Below, in pieces: positions 1 to 13,600 of a stretch of DNA of 64,000 nt. Both the position numbers and the translations under genes were made by a program. The stretch lies in the sequence record DRR378314_468. One strand, 5' to 3'. Below the pieces are notes generated by a model that was given only the letters and a program-made list of their open reading frames with translations, made no database searches and had not been told where the DNA came from. How positions within the stretch are numbered: position 1 is the first letter of the stretch; every line of letters begins with the position of its first letter.

Positions 1-36
1 TTGCAGAGCTCTGCCTAGCCACTCGGCCACGATGCC
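1..36 (-). tRNA. tRNA-Cys(GCA), 5' half; truncated by the window start
   Basis: Reverse complement reads GGCATCG TG GCCGAGTGGCTAGGC A GAGCT CT GCA A: acceptor 5' strand, D-arm and anticodon stem with CU-GCA-A loop. Confidence 0.92.
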
Positions 37-46
37 AATTGGATCG

Positions 47-54
47 CAAAGCTA
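47..54 (-). promoter_or_regulatory. Bacteroidota sigma-A -7 box (TAGCTTTG) for tRNA-Cys
   Basis: Exact TAnnTTTG match 10 nt upstream of the tRNA 5' end. Confidence 0.6.
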
Positions 55-112
55 AAAATATTTTGCGAATATTCAGTTTTTATGATAATCTAAATATCTA
101 GCAAAATTATTG

Positions 113-184
113 AGGCATCGGGTGGACTCGAACCACCATAAAAATCCTTGCGGGACTTTGTCTAACCAATTCGACCACAATGCC
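113..184 (-). tRNA. Atypical tRNA-Cys-like gene (GCA anticodon, U73, but C33 and C32-G38)
   Basis: Reverse complement GGCATTG TG GTCG AATTGGTT AGAC A AAGTC CCGCAAG GATTT TTAT GGTGG TTCGAGT CCACC CGATGCC T folds into a full cloverleaf with GG in the D-loop and TTCGA in the T-loop. Confidence 0.8.
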
Positions 185-201
185 GTTCGTAATGGTATTT
201 T

Positions 202-230
202 CAAAATTATTAAAAGATTAACAGTTTCAA
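202..230 (-). promoter_or_regulatory. Sigma-A-like promoter (TTG-N18-TAATTTTG) upstream of the tRNA-like gene
   Basis: + strand CAAAATTA at 202-209 and CAA at 228-230 match the Bacteroidota -7/-33 consensus on the minus strand. Confidence 0.5.
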
Positions 231-248
231 CGGTTAAGATATTGTCAT

Positions 249-605
249 TCAACGAGTAATTGCGAGTTTTACCGAAACGCTTTCCACATCGCCACCAATT
301 GGCGGATTTATTTTGGAAACTTCGACTTCAACCTGGGTTACTTCTATGATTTCCTCGAATATACGATCAATGATTCTTTTGGCTACATGTTCCAATAGAT
401 TGGAACGTACCGTCATTTCTTCTTTTATAATGTTATTGAGATGGACATAGTCCACTGTTTCGCTCAGTTGGTCGGAGGCGGCAGGTTGAGAAAGGTCTGT
501 GGTAATTTCCAGGTCCACCCTGTAATCGCTGCCAATGAGCATTTCCTCCTTTAAACACCCGTGGTTGGAATGTATCCTAATGTTTTTTAACCTAATTTTT
601 CCCAA
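249..605 (-). CDS. folB: Dihydroneopterin aldolase
   Basis: HGC..EE...G..Y.VD, SD.L.ETVDY, LLEHVA and K.NPPIGG motifs; 118 aa; TTG start with TATTTTTG box at 626-633. Confidence 0.93.
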   Translation of the reverse strand: MGKIRLKNIRIHSNHGCLKEEMLIGSDYRVDLEITTDLSQPAASDQLSETVDYVHLNNIIKEEMTVRSNLLEHVAKRIIDRIFEEIIEVTQVEVEVSKINPPIGGDVESVSVKLAITR

Positions 606-650
606 AGCTCTTAGTTACGAAAGGGCAAAAATAGGGTAAAACGCATTAAA

Positions 651-1610
651 TCAATACATACATCTACAGTTACTTATTCCTTGGAAAAGATCCATTCCCA
701 CGGTTAGTACGTGGGTACCGGTACTATACCCTAATATTTCGTTGGTGATAACTTGATAGGAATAGCCAAAATAGAAGTTGCTCTTTTTAAAACCGGCTAT
801 CGGAGCAATGTAAAGCGGTTTTCCCAATTGATCGTTCAAGAAACGGTAGGTAACACCTAAATAGTAGTAATCTTCAAAGTCACGAATACGGAATTTTGTG
901 TTCAAATCAGTAACCGAACGTCCATCGCTTTCAAACCATTGAAAGAACACCGAAGGTTCAATTTCCAATTTACTGTTCTTGCTCTTGGAAAAGCTGTAGC
1001 CTGTGTAAGCGTAGTAATTTCTAAGTTTATTGGGTTCAATACGGATAATATCAGTATTAAAATTAGATAGGTCCTTGTTAAGTATGTTGCCAGCATTCAA
1101 GCTAAAAAAGAACTTATCGTACCGGTAAAGGACTCCCAAATCAAAGTTATGATTGGTTGTGGCCTTATCATCTGCCGGCAATTGACCGTTGTTCTCTTCA
1201 AACTGTTCTACATCTATTCGAAATTGGTTAAAGTTGTAAGAGATACCGAAAGACATGAAAATATCATCATACCTGTCCAATGTCAAATGGTGGGCAAATG
1301 ATACTCTGGCTCCCCGTTGTCTGGTAAAACCATTACTATCATTGTACAATAGCATTCCTACTCCAGACCTGTTCCCAATCCGTGCATCCGCGGCCAAGGT
1401 TTGGGTATCGGGGGCATCTTCTATTCCGACCCATTGGGTAAGACCGTTTAGGCGCACCTTGATATGATCACCAATACCAGCATAAGTCGGGGACATTAAA
1501 AATGGGTTGTCCGCAATATACTGGGATAGTTGGGGTACGGTCAACTCTTGTCCCCTGGCACAAAGTGCCAAGGAAACAAATAGGATAGTTGAATATACTT
1601 TTTTTAACAT
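651..1610 (-). CDS. sprF: T9SS PorP/SprF family outer-membrane barrel, SprF
   Basis: Signal peptide, PxYAG, QWVG...AP.T and terminal G.H...vG motifs; lies directly after sprB. Confidence 0.88.
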   Translation of the reverse strand: MLKKVYSTILFVSLALCARGQELTVPQLSQYIADNPFLMSPTYAGIGDHIKVRLNGLTQWVGIEDAPDTQTLAADARIGNRSGVGMLLYNDSNGFTRQRGARVSFAHHLTLDRYDDIFMSFGISYNFNQFRIDVEQFEENNGQLPADDKATTNHNFDLGVLYRYDKFFFSLNAGNILNKDLSNFNTDIIRIEPNKLRNYYAYTGYSFSKSKNSKLEIEPSVFFQWFESDGRSVTDLNTKFRIRDFEDYYYLGVTYRFLNDQLGKPLYIAPIAGFKKSNFYFGYSYQVITNEILGYSTGTHVLTVGMDLFQGISNCRCMY

Positions 1611-1630
1611 GGGGTCAAGTAGGTTAAGCG

Positions 1631-4600
1631 TTAATTTCGGTATAATGTAAAGTGTCCCACAAACTCTCTGTCGTCTTGTTCACCTTTAAGCTGAACAACG
1701 TACCAATAGTCTCCGGTAGGCAATGGTTTTCCATCGTAATTACCGTCCCATCCTTGCACGTTCCGGTCCATCACTTCCACTACTCTACCATAACGATCAT
1801 AAACCTTAATTAGTACGTCAGGGAACCCTTCAATGTTGTCAGGTATCCATATATCGTTAAGACCATCGCCATCTGGTGTAAAGAAATTAGGGAACTCAAC
1901 ATCTATGAACTCCATAAATATTTCAGCTGTGGCCTCACATCCGTTTTGATCTACCACGGTAACGGTATACGTATCGGTTCTATTGATGTAGAAAGTGTTG
2001 TCACTTCCGTTATCCACGTCATTGAAGTAGAAGGTATAATCTTCCACGCCTCCTTCAGCTATAGCTGTAATCTGGTTGATATTATTGTTCTCCAATGTTA
2101 AAACCAGAGGTTCATAAGCTTCAATGGTAAAGTCATACGTCGTCATACATCCATTGGCGTGTGCAATGGTGATGTAGTGGTCACCTGGCGCCATGTTTCT
2201 ATAATCGGCCGTCAATTGCATGTCTGCTGGATCGGTTGAATCCAACGCATACATTAGATCACCAATAATGGATTCGTCTTCGAACACAATATCCAAATAG
2301 TTATCAGGGATATTTCCGGTACACTCGTAAACAGGTGTTACCGTCGCCGCAAGATTAACTCCCGGCTCTATTTCCACGATTACGTTGGTTTCACAACCTT
2401 GGGCATCCCGTACAAATACGACGTGGGTACCTGCAGTCAGGTCTTGGAACAAGAACTGATCTTGAACAAAGTTTGCATCTGCACTGGAGTTTAAGCTTGT
2501 TTCGTAAGGTGCCGTTCCTCCAGAGATTTGCACTTCGAACGAACCATCACCGCTTTCAAAACATACCTCGTCCATAATGTTGATAGCTTCGGCCACAACA
2601 GGTTCTGGTTGGTTGATCTCAAATTGGAAGGTGATGAAACATCCATTCACATCTTGAGCGATCACATCATAGATGCCGGGTTCTAGATCAGTAAATGTGT
2701 TCGTCGTATCAAACTGATCTAGATTGGGTGAAATTGCGTAAAGGATTTCACCTGTACCACCCGACACTTCAACAGTAATAGTACCGTCGTTCATTCCTGA
2801 ACAAGTAATATCTGTAAATTCTTCTCTTTCCACTACCAATGGTTCTGGATCAACTATGGTAACTACAGGAGAGACCTCAACACAGTCTTCACTGGTTACT
2901 CGTACATAGTAATCACCAGCCAATAGACCACTGAATGTTCCATTGGTTTGCGGACCATCAACTAGGTTGGTCAAGGCCGCATCGCTGAACAATTCATAGT
3001 TGTAGTTGCCAAGACCACCTGTTGCTTGTGCAATTATGGTTGCAGATGCTTCTCCCATACAGTTTATTATGGCCGCTGAATCATCTATTTCCAACATCAA
3101 TTCTGGCACTTCATCTACGGTAACTTGGTTGGATATCAATGCATCACAACCATTGGCATCTCGCACGTAATACTGGTATGCTCCTGGTCCTACATTAAAG
3201 GTATGAGTATCTCCACCGCTCATTGCAGTAAAGGTGATTCCATCGGTACTATAGAAATATGGTGCTGTACCACCCGCTGCGCTCAACATGATTTCTGCAT
3301 CGTTGTTACACGTCATGGCACTTACTTGAACAAGACTTGCCATTACCTCTGTTGGTTCTGTAATGGTTACCCTTGGGGTTTCCATACCACAGTTCCAACC
3401 ATCGGAAACCGTGATGCTATAAATCCCGGCACCAAGTCCATTGAAGGTATTGTTGCTCTGCTCACCTGTGGTGAACACGATGTTGTTACCTGATGGGTCG
3501 TAGTAGTTTAACTGGTAGACATAAGAACCACTTCCTCCAGCAACATTATCTGCCCAAACGGAAGCGCTTTCGGCTCCGTAGCATAATAGATCAATTGGAG
3601 CAGCATCAATATCTGCAGTAATTGGGTCTGGCACTTCCAAAGGCAATCCTCTATCTTCAAAACAACCACCATCATCGGTAACTCTTACAGTATATGTTCC
3701 GGCTGATAATCCTGTGAACACATAACTATTTACATTGTTCATCGTGTAAACCTCTGTTGTTGTGGTATTGGTCAATACAATATCGTAAGGGGCATAACCT
3801 CCTGTTGGATTGATCAATATCTCACCTTGATCATTGGTACAGGTTACATTAGCCACTTCTTGTGGGGTATAATCCAAAGCTGAACTAGGAGAAACAATGG
3901 TTACTGTGCCAGATACTGCTGGACAGAACGGTGCACTGGTTCCCACAATTTCCACATAGTAGTTTCCACCGATCAAAGCGGATGTTGGGTCTGGAATTTC
4001 GAATGGATTGGCACTTGTGTTGCCGCTTCCTGTTAGTCCAGTGGTTGTTCCGTTTGCGTTGAACACTTCGTAGTCATAAGGACCAACATATCCGGTTACA
4101 TCAATTTCGATGGTTCCTGCATCACCAAAGCAGACTGCTGGCGCTGTTGCAGTGGCCACCACATCAATGGTATCGAAAGGCGCAATGGTATGTGTTGTTT
4201 CTACGTAACAACCTGTTGTATCATTGGTTGCCCTGAAGGTATAGCTGCCTGGTTGTGTCAAATCAAAAGTTGCCGTAGTCGCTGTTGAAGCCGTTATAGC
4301 TCCAAAAGGATTTCCTGCTGGCAACAATTCGAAGGTATAGGTATCACCTCCAAAGGTTTCCGTTACATTCAATGTTACTGTTTCAGGGTTGTTACAGGTA
4401 ATCGCCACAACTTGATTGACATCCAGCGTAAAGGTATTCAACGGTTGCACCGTAATACTATCTGGGTATTCACATCCATTGGCATCTCTAACCACATAGT
4501 TGATGGTTTGTGCACTTCCATTGTCAACGATATCGAAGGTAGCATCGGAAGTGAAGCTGTTTCCGTTAAAGCTATAGAAATAAGGAGTTGTTCCACCTGT

Positions 4601-7600
4601 TGCTGTTACGGTTATGGTTGACTCATCAACAGAGTTACTTGGAGCACACACAAAATCAGTTGCGGTTGCAGAAGCATCCAATACGGTTGGTTCGCCAACA
4701 GTGGCATCAAAAGTATCATCACATTCCCTAGATGAGATAACACGTACTCGGTAATCGCCGGCTGGAAGATTATCAAATACCAGACTTGAATGAGCAAATC
4801 GATAAGGATTTACCAAGTCGGACATTTGATATAGTTCATAAGTATAGACAGGATCAACAACAGTTGCTGGGTCCATTACTACGGTTAAACTTCCATCGGA
4901 ACCTCCAAAGCAGCTCACGTCATCCACAATAACATCATCGATAACAGGATCCACCTTATCATCCAACTCTTGTGTAACAACATAAGTACAAGGTTCCGTG
5001 GTGTCCAAGTCTGTAATGGTAAATACATATGTTCCTGGTTCGGTCAGGTTAGTGAAAATACCGTCATTGTTGGTAATCACGGTTGTCGAAATTGGAGAAA
5101 TAGTACTGTATTCAAGATTAGCCGAACCACCAGAAACATTAATGGTGATTTGCCCTCCTGGATCCATTGTACAATCAATAGGCTTAACCACAGTAGCATT
5201 GGCTGTCATAGCATCCGTAAGCACTACTGGACCAACTGTTGTGTCACAGCCCCATTGGTCTATAATATAAACCTCATAGGTTCCAGCACCGAGACCGGAG
5301 AATATGGTACTTGTTTGTGGAGAACCTACATTAGATCCATTTCTGATCAATTGATATGTATAGTTGCTTCCTTGTCCACCACTTACAGGGTCGGTTGCGG
5401 GGATGCCCACAACTTCAATTTCTCCTTGCAGGTTGGTACAATTAGCTTGATTGATTTGCAAATCAGCAAGAATAGGATCAGGAATGGTCAGGTCAACATC
5501 CAGTAACTGCGTGGCACATTCTTCTTGATCCATGATCCAAACCTCATAAGTACCTGCCGTAAGGTTTTCGAACCTTGGGGTGGACACATAGTTGGATGGA
5601 TCGTTGGGATCAGGGTTTGGTGTGGTGCTCACATAGTAGGAGTATCCACCCCATCCACCTTGCACATCAACAACTTCAATGATACCATCGTTTCCTGGGT
5701 TACAGGTTATGGGGGTAACTTCAGTATTTCCTGTAATGGCTGCTGAAGGTCCTGCGATGTTGAAGGCTTCTATGTTTGTACATTCTGGGAATGCGTCTTG
5801 TGATATTTCAACAATATAACTTCCGGCTGGCAACGAAATTGGAGCCGTAGGACCGGTTGTACTGGAATTTCCATTGGTAACTGAAATATCGTCAAGTCTA
5901 TCGTTAGGGGTTCCATTGGTATCATAAATGGTCCAATCGAATCCATTGGAATATGTGGCATCCAAAAGTTCAAAAGTAACTTCACCAGTGGCGGTACCAT
6001 AACAGATGACATCACTTACCACATTTACATCTATGGTAAAGGTATTTGGATCTTCAATGGTTTCCGAGGCAGTCACGGTACAACCCGTATCGAGGTGTCG
6101 AACCAAGAAATTGTGTGTTCCTGCGCTCAATCCACTGAATATGTTGGATGCTTGCCAAGAAGTTCCATTGTCAATACTGTACTCAAAACGAGTTGGGTCT
6201 CCTGCTGTTGAGGTTACGGAAATGGTTATTTCTCCATCGTTACCTGGACTACAGCTTATAGGATTGGTTATCGAAGCAGTAGCATTGGTTATTTCATCAA
6301 AAGGAGCAATAGTTGCAGTAGTTGTTCCCAAACAGCCATTGTCATCATATACATTGATGGTGTAGTTGCCACCAGCAGTATTTGTTTCGGTATAAACGGG
6401 ATTACCTCCATTTTGAACCACTACGGAACCAGCATCGTTGATAAACTCATAACGGATATAGTTTCCACTTCCACCGGTTATAGACCCTGTATCCACGGTA
6501 ATGGTTGCATTGTTGGTATTGTTGCCTGCGGTACAGGCGAATTCTAGTACGCTTGCATTCACGTTTGCTATTGCCGCAGGTTCTGAAATGACGATAGAGA
6601 AAATGTCGTCAAAACAACTGTTGATTCCCGTTCCACGAACATCATATGTTCCCGCAGGAAGGTTTTCAAAAGTGTTTCCGTTCAACACGGCACCAACAGG
6701 CATCGGAGTAAGGGTATAAGTCAAAGGCCCAACCCCATTATCTATTTCTGTTAGTGTAATGCTTCCATCGCTACCTCCGAAACAAGTTACATCTATATGT
6801 GTTTCGGTGAAGCTTGGCAGTGGAGCATCAGGAACATCTATAGTGATTGTTTGAGGACAGTTTGGTGGTGCTGTGCCCATATCAAACACAATGACATCGT
6901 AGCTTCCGGCTGCTGTAGCTCCTGTCCAAGTGAATTGATTGAATGCGTCTAAAGTAAGAGCAGTTCTAGTAACGTCATTGACTCCAGTGCCAGGACCATC
7001 GATCCTATATTCGTAGTTTCCTGAACCAGAAATTACTTCTATCAATATTTCTGCATTTGCAGCTGCACCTAGCTCACAATCCAAGGCGACAGTTTGCGTT
7101 ACCGTGAATTCAAGAGGCGGAGCAATATTGAATGTATCCGTATCGGCACAACCATTCAAATCTCTAACAGCTATAGTCTGGCCCGAGCCCGAGCTTAAGC
7201 CTGAAACTGTGTATTGGTTGCTGCCATCAAAAGTAAAGTTTTGATATGCTGATCCATTCACACTGATTTGGAATGGGGACATGGCCACGGCAGGATTGTC
7301 CAAAGTAACCAATACCTCGAACAGACCTTCGTCTACACACTCATCGACAACTGTTAAGGTTATTTCGGGTGTTGGATCTTCGTCAACCGTAATAGGTCTT
7401 TGAAAGATACAGCCGTAGTCATCCATTACATAAACAATGTAGTCGCCAGCTTCAACATTGGCAGAAGTACTGCTTGTCCAACCAGCCGTAGCTGCGGTAG
7501 GAGCAGGAGCGGAATCCAACAAATATTGATAGGTATATGGGGCTGTACCAAACCTTCCTGTTGCTGTGATTACACCCGCATTTGGGTTACAGTTATCATT

Positions 7601-10600
7601 TTGTGGGCTTGCCACATCCAAATCCAAAGCATTGGCAGATTCACGGATAGTAAATTCACCACCGTTTACGGAACACCCGTTGTTTGGTCCACCTACTTCA
7701 GAAAGCAATAGGTAATATTCTCCTGGAGGGAGTGTTGCAAAATTGTCAACAGTCACCGAAGTTGGCGTATTAACCGTTGCAGTTCCACTATGTCCTGTTG
7801 AAACATTGGATTGTCTGTTGAAAATTTCGTAGTCCACTGCGGTTGCTCCTGCGTCGAATCCTGTGAACGTAAATGAAATGTTTCCATCAGCAGAACCAGT
7901 ACAACTCACGTTGTTCACGGCATCCAAATTCGCTGTCATGTTAGATGGCGTATTGATGGGTGCCGCCGCCTCTTCAAAATAGTAGCAATTGGTGGTAAGG
8001 TCATAAACCACAAAGGTATACGTGATACCAGGGGTAAGGCCGGTAAAGGTAGCTGTATCTCCTCCAACAGTATCAGGGGTCTGATAGGTAGTTGAATAAG
8101 GTGCGGTATAGTTTTCCAAAATCGCAAATTCATAGTTTCCGCTTCCTACGGCAGAACCTACCGTAACAATTGCTGTACCCCCAGAAACGCAATCTGAAGT
8201 GGCGGTGCTTACATCGATATCAAGGTCATTTGGCGGTGATGCGATGATTTCCGTCGTAAACGAGGCACAACCATTGGCATCAACTACATCAACCTGATAA
8301 ATACCAAACTCCAATACAGTGAATGTATGATCTCTTGCACCGGAAGTAGTAGTGTAGGTTTGTGGAGCAATACCATTATTCGCCGTTAATATGTATGTGT
8401 ATTCAGCTGTTCCGCCAGAAACACCAGAAACCGTAATGGAACCAGGATTGGTAACACCAGTACCGGTATCACAGGTAATAGGAACATCTGTTGTAGTATA
8501 GGTAATCGGGTTGGGTTCGGAGATTACAACAGGGAATGGCACAGATACGCACCCTTTATCATCGGTTATCGTAACTTCATAAGAGCCGGCAGGTAATCCT
8601 GTGGTTTGACTTCCATAATTGGTTGGACCACTAGTTTCAACAACATTGATGGTATAAGGAGGCACTCCTACGGAAGTATCGATTACCACATCCAAGGCAC
8701 CTGTACTTTCCCCATGACATAAAATGTCGGTCGGTGTAACGTTACTGATTACGGGCGGTACAGCAGGAGTTATTACAATGCTGCTGGTTACCACGCTACA
8801 GGTTGGTGTGGATGTATCGGTTACACGGAAAATGTAGGTGCCATCCGTATTTGTATTGAATACGTTACCAGTAAATCCAGTGTTATTATAGGTAGTTCCA
8901 CCATCGTTGGACCATTCGTAGGTGTATGATCCCGAACCTCCATTTGCATTTATGGTAATGGTTGCATCAGCCAAACAGGTTAAATCATTGTCCAAGAAAG
9001 CAGAAGCTGTCAGTGCTGGGTTTATAGTGGCAGTATCCGTAGCAGTACAACCATAGTCATCACGAACATCGATAGTGTAAGTTCCTGCAACTAAGTTTTC
9101 AAATGTATATGTTGTATCAGTTGATGGAGAAGGCGTAATCCATGCACCACCGTTCAAACGGAACTGATAATTTCCGTTTCCGTCGGTTACGTCCACTTGG
9201 ATACTTCCATCATTGTTGCCACTATAACATGCTGTTGGAGTCAAGTCAAAGGCAATAGTTGCTGGCGGGTCAACGGTTATAACTGAGGTGGTATCCTCGC
9301 AAGAATTAGTGTCTGTTGCTCTTACTACATAATCACCTGCCGCTAAACCGGTAAATACATTGGATGATTGGAATGCGGTAATTACTGCACCCAAATCGTC
9401 TTCCAATTGATATTGATAAGTTGGGGTTCCGTCTGTAGCTGTAGCAGTAATTGTTGCACCACCATTGGTACAGGTAAGCTCATTGGTAATGGATGCTGTA
9501 ACATCCAATACATCCGGTTGGGTCAATGTTTGATTCAACACAACTGAACATGAAGGGTCTCTTAAATCGACAATTTCAATGGTATGGGCACCTGCTGCTA
9601 AACCATTAACGGTAATCGGACTTGCAAATTGAGCAGCGGAAACAGCCCCACCATCAACTTGAAAGGTAAATCCGATTGCTGGGTCAAAGTTTTCGGCCTC
9701 AAAAGTGATGGTTCCATCGGTATCTCCGTTACAAGTAATATCGGTATAAGCGGTAATGGCTCCATCAAAAGCATGGCCATCCTCAACATTCACATCAAGC
9801 GTGATGAATCCACCACAAACTTCTGGAATTTGAAAAGCTTCAATATCGTCTATAGCTATATCATTACCATTGATTACGGCCGAATTTGTTCTAATAACGA
9901 TATCCAGGTTCGAATTTGCCCCTGGGTTGAGGTCAACAGAATAATTATGCCAATCATTGGCCCCCGTGTTTTTGGGCACGCTTCCCGTGGTTGTACTTGC
10001 AATGATGTTCCCTCCAGCATCCACCAATTGGATTTCAATGGAAGGATCACCTCCACCCGTTCCGCTTCTTAATAAGTTGAAAGCGTGAAGAGAGACGGTA
10101 ATATCTCTGTTTGGTATTACCTCTACACCTGTTTTTTGGTAAACGATACCGCCAACTCCGGCCACCCCACCCACATTGATGGCGAGGAATCTTCCGCTGG
10201 CCAAACCAGTATGATCATTAGGGCTTAGCCAAGAACCATAGGGATTTACAATATTTTGTGTTACGGAATACTCCCCATCTTGAATATGAGTGTCCGTACC
10301 AAAACCGCATAGGCTTGCGCTACCATCTTGTGGTTCGTAACAATAGGCAGGATCAATTTCTGAAATACTTGTATTTGGTCCTACTCCAAAATTTTCGGAA
10401 AGCAAAATACTTGGACTTGGCGCCGAATTGCTTACGTAGTTTACGGTGATGGTGTGGCTTCCCACAGGTACATCTCCGAACACGTTTGAAGTGTTTGGCG
10501 TATTTGGATTACCGTCAATCTCGTAAGTGTAATCAAAATCTGTACTATTAGGTGTAACGGTAATAGTTCCCTCACCATCACACTCATAATCAATAGCAGC

Positions 10601-13600
10601 TGTTGCGCTTGGAGGTGTTGGTTCTGGGTCTATCGTCACGTTCATTGGATAAGTACACAGGTTGGCATCCCTTATGTAAAGGGTGTGTGTACCCGGAAGC
10701 AAATAACCAATTGAAGTAGTATCGTAAGTAGAACCTCCATCAAAACTATATTCGTATGGGGCTGTTCCACCAATGGCATTGGTAATACGCACCTCAGCAC
10801 CCATTCCTGGATAGCATTCCGCCAAAGCGGTAACTGCTGCGGAAGCTGAAAGCGTCAATGGCTCGTTAATAGCGTAAATTTCGGTTACTTCACAGTTATT
10901 TGCATCCCTTACACGAATATTGTAGCTGCCTGCGGGAAGGTTTGCAAAAGTATTTGATGTTTGATAAGTAGCACCGTTGTTGATACTATAGGAATATGGC
11001 GCTTCACCACCTGTTGGTGTTATGGTAATTTGTGCCTGTGATTCACCGCTACAAAGGATATCGGTATTGGTGACAGAAATTGCCAATGGATCATCTTGAA
11101 CAATGGTAATGTCGTAAGTAGCCTCACAATAATCGGTACCACCCGCATTATCCCTTACATAAACATCGTAATCTCCGACACTTGTTACGGTAATTGGATT
11201 GGTTGGTGAAAAATCTCCTGCAGTTGGCGTCGCTCCATCTGCGACAACGGCATATACATAGTTTCCATCTCCACCGGCGGCTGAAACAGTTATATCGGTG
11301 TCTGTTCCACAAGCTGTAATGTTCGGGGCCGAAGCGACCAAACTTAATTCAGGGTCGATAGTTATGGATGCTGAATCGGTACAATCATTTCCGTCTCTAA
11401 CATTAATGGTGTACGTTCCAGAACCCAAACCAGTAAATACATTGCTGGATTGGAAAGGCCCTCCATTCAAATTGTATTCATAGTTTCCGTCTCCACCAGA
11501 AGTAATGTTCGCTGTCAGGGTCAAGCCTGTGGCATCATCATAACAAATATTGTTGGGAACAATATCGAGCACTGGTGCAATGGCTTCGTTAATTACAAAG
11601 TCATCCGTGACTACACATCCATTGGCGTCGGTTACGGTGAACTGATAGGTTCCGCCAATGTCCAGTCCGCTGAACAAACCACTTGTCTGCGAAGCAGGCA
11701 GAGTGTAACCCCCTGGACCGGAAATAATTTCGTACGTATAGCTTCCCCATCCACCAGAGGCAGCAATGTTAACCGAACCATCGGCCAAACAAGTTGGTTG
11801 GGTAAGGGTTATAGGTGCTGTTATAGCTGCAGGAGGAGCGGCGATTGTAACATCGGCCGTATCCGTACAGTTGGTAAAATTGTCAGTTACTGTTATGGAG
11901 TAGGTTCCTTCGGCCAATCCGGTAAGTGATATGGTTCCGTTGGTTTCCGCAGTTCCTGAAAAATTTGCAGGACCTGTTACGGAATAATCATAATCTGTAT
12001 TGAAGTTGTTTACGGTGTATTCGATTTCACCGTCGTTATCACCAAAACAAGTAATATTGCCCACCAATTGACCAGATACTGAAATTTCTGTTACCGGGGC
12101 AATAGTGAAACTTTCATCATAAAAACAACCATCATTATCAGTAACCCTGAACATATAAGTTCCAGGTGCCAATCCGGCAAAGGTGTTGTTGTTTCCATTG
12201 TTTACAGCGCTTCCTGCAGGGGATATAAGCTCATAAACCAAGTTGGGCTCACCTCCTGTTACGGACAAGGTCACATCTGAAACAAATGTTGGACAAAGCG
12301 GGTTGGTCGCTGTAAAATCGATATCCGTTGGAGGGTCCAAAGGATCTATGGTGATGGCATTGGTTGTGAATATACATCCTAAATCATCTCTAACGGTAAC
12401 CGTGTAGGTTCCGTCAGTAAGGTTGTTGAACGTTGATGCACTACCAAAGTTCACACCATCGATACTGTATTCATAAGGTGCTGTTCCGCCCGTTACATTT
12501 TGAGCTTCTATAATACCGTCTTGCAAACAAGTGTAATCTTGTGTCAATACGGCATCAGCATCCAAAGCGAAGGATGGTGCAGAGATACTGGCATATTCAA
12601 AGTAATCACAGTCTGCGCTGCCTTTTCGTTGGTAGATGACTACTGCATAATCACCATCAGTCAAACCTGGAAAATAGCCTGATGTGTTGGTAGCCAAGGC
12701 AGTGGTTAGATCGTAGTTGTTCTCGTCGAAAGTTGTTGCATCAAACAAATAGTAAGTGAGTTGGAAGCCATTGTCGTCGACCAAATTAAAGGTGATCGCC
12801 CCAGAAGCATCACCATAACAAACCACATCGGTAACAGTAGTCGCGTTATACTCTGCTGCCGGCCTAAATTCAATAGAAACTGTGTTTGATATATCGTAAC
12901 AGTTATTTCTGTCCACAACCACAAAAGTGTAATCTCCTGGATCATAGATATCAAAAATTTGACTGGTTTGATATTCCGAAGCAGGGATATCGTTTACTGA
13001 TGGATAAGATAGTTGGGTAACGCCGTTCTCATCAACATAAGACCAAATGGCATAGACATGCGGGGTTTGACCTCCTGAAGATTCCATTTGAATGTTACCT
13101 TCCCTGCAGGTGATATGCTGGGATATTCTTGCATTAAGTTCAAGGTCGGTCAAGTCGTTAATGGTAACTTGCTCGGTGTAGGCACAACCATCGTCCGTGG
13201 AAACGGCAATATCGTATACGCCATCGCTAAGGTTTTCAAAGGTATAGTTGTTGTCGTTGGACGGTCCAAAAGTATCAACTACAGTACCACCAGAAGAGAT
13301 TTCATAATAGTATTGTGCTTCTACGTTGAGCACAGAAATGGCAATTTCACCCAATCCGTTGCAGTCGGTATCTTGAGGGACTACATCAACTTGAAAATCC
13401 CTGTCCAAAATGCCAATGTTATCCAACACAAATACACAACCATCGGCAACGCCCTGCTGTCTCATTTCTACCATATAGGCACCGTTGTTGGCGATGTCGA
13501 AACTTGGATTTGAGCTATAAGGAACAACAACATTCCCAGTGGATTGATCTACAAGTTGAAACTCGTAGGTCAACGGCATATTGGTTACGGTAATATTTCC

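Noticed and set aside
113-184. tRNA-like copy as an integration (att) scar
   Set aside because: It is full length with structure-preserving changes rather than an identical 3' fragment, and no integrase is in the window (sequence left of position 1 is unseen).
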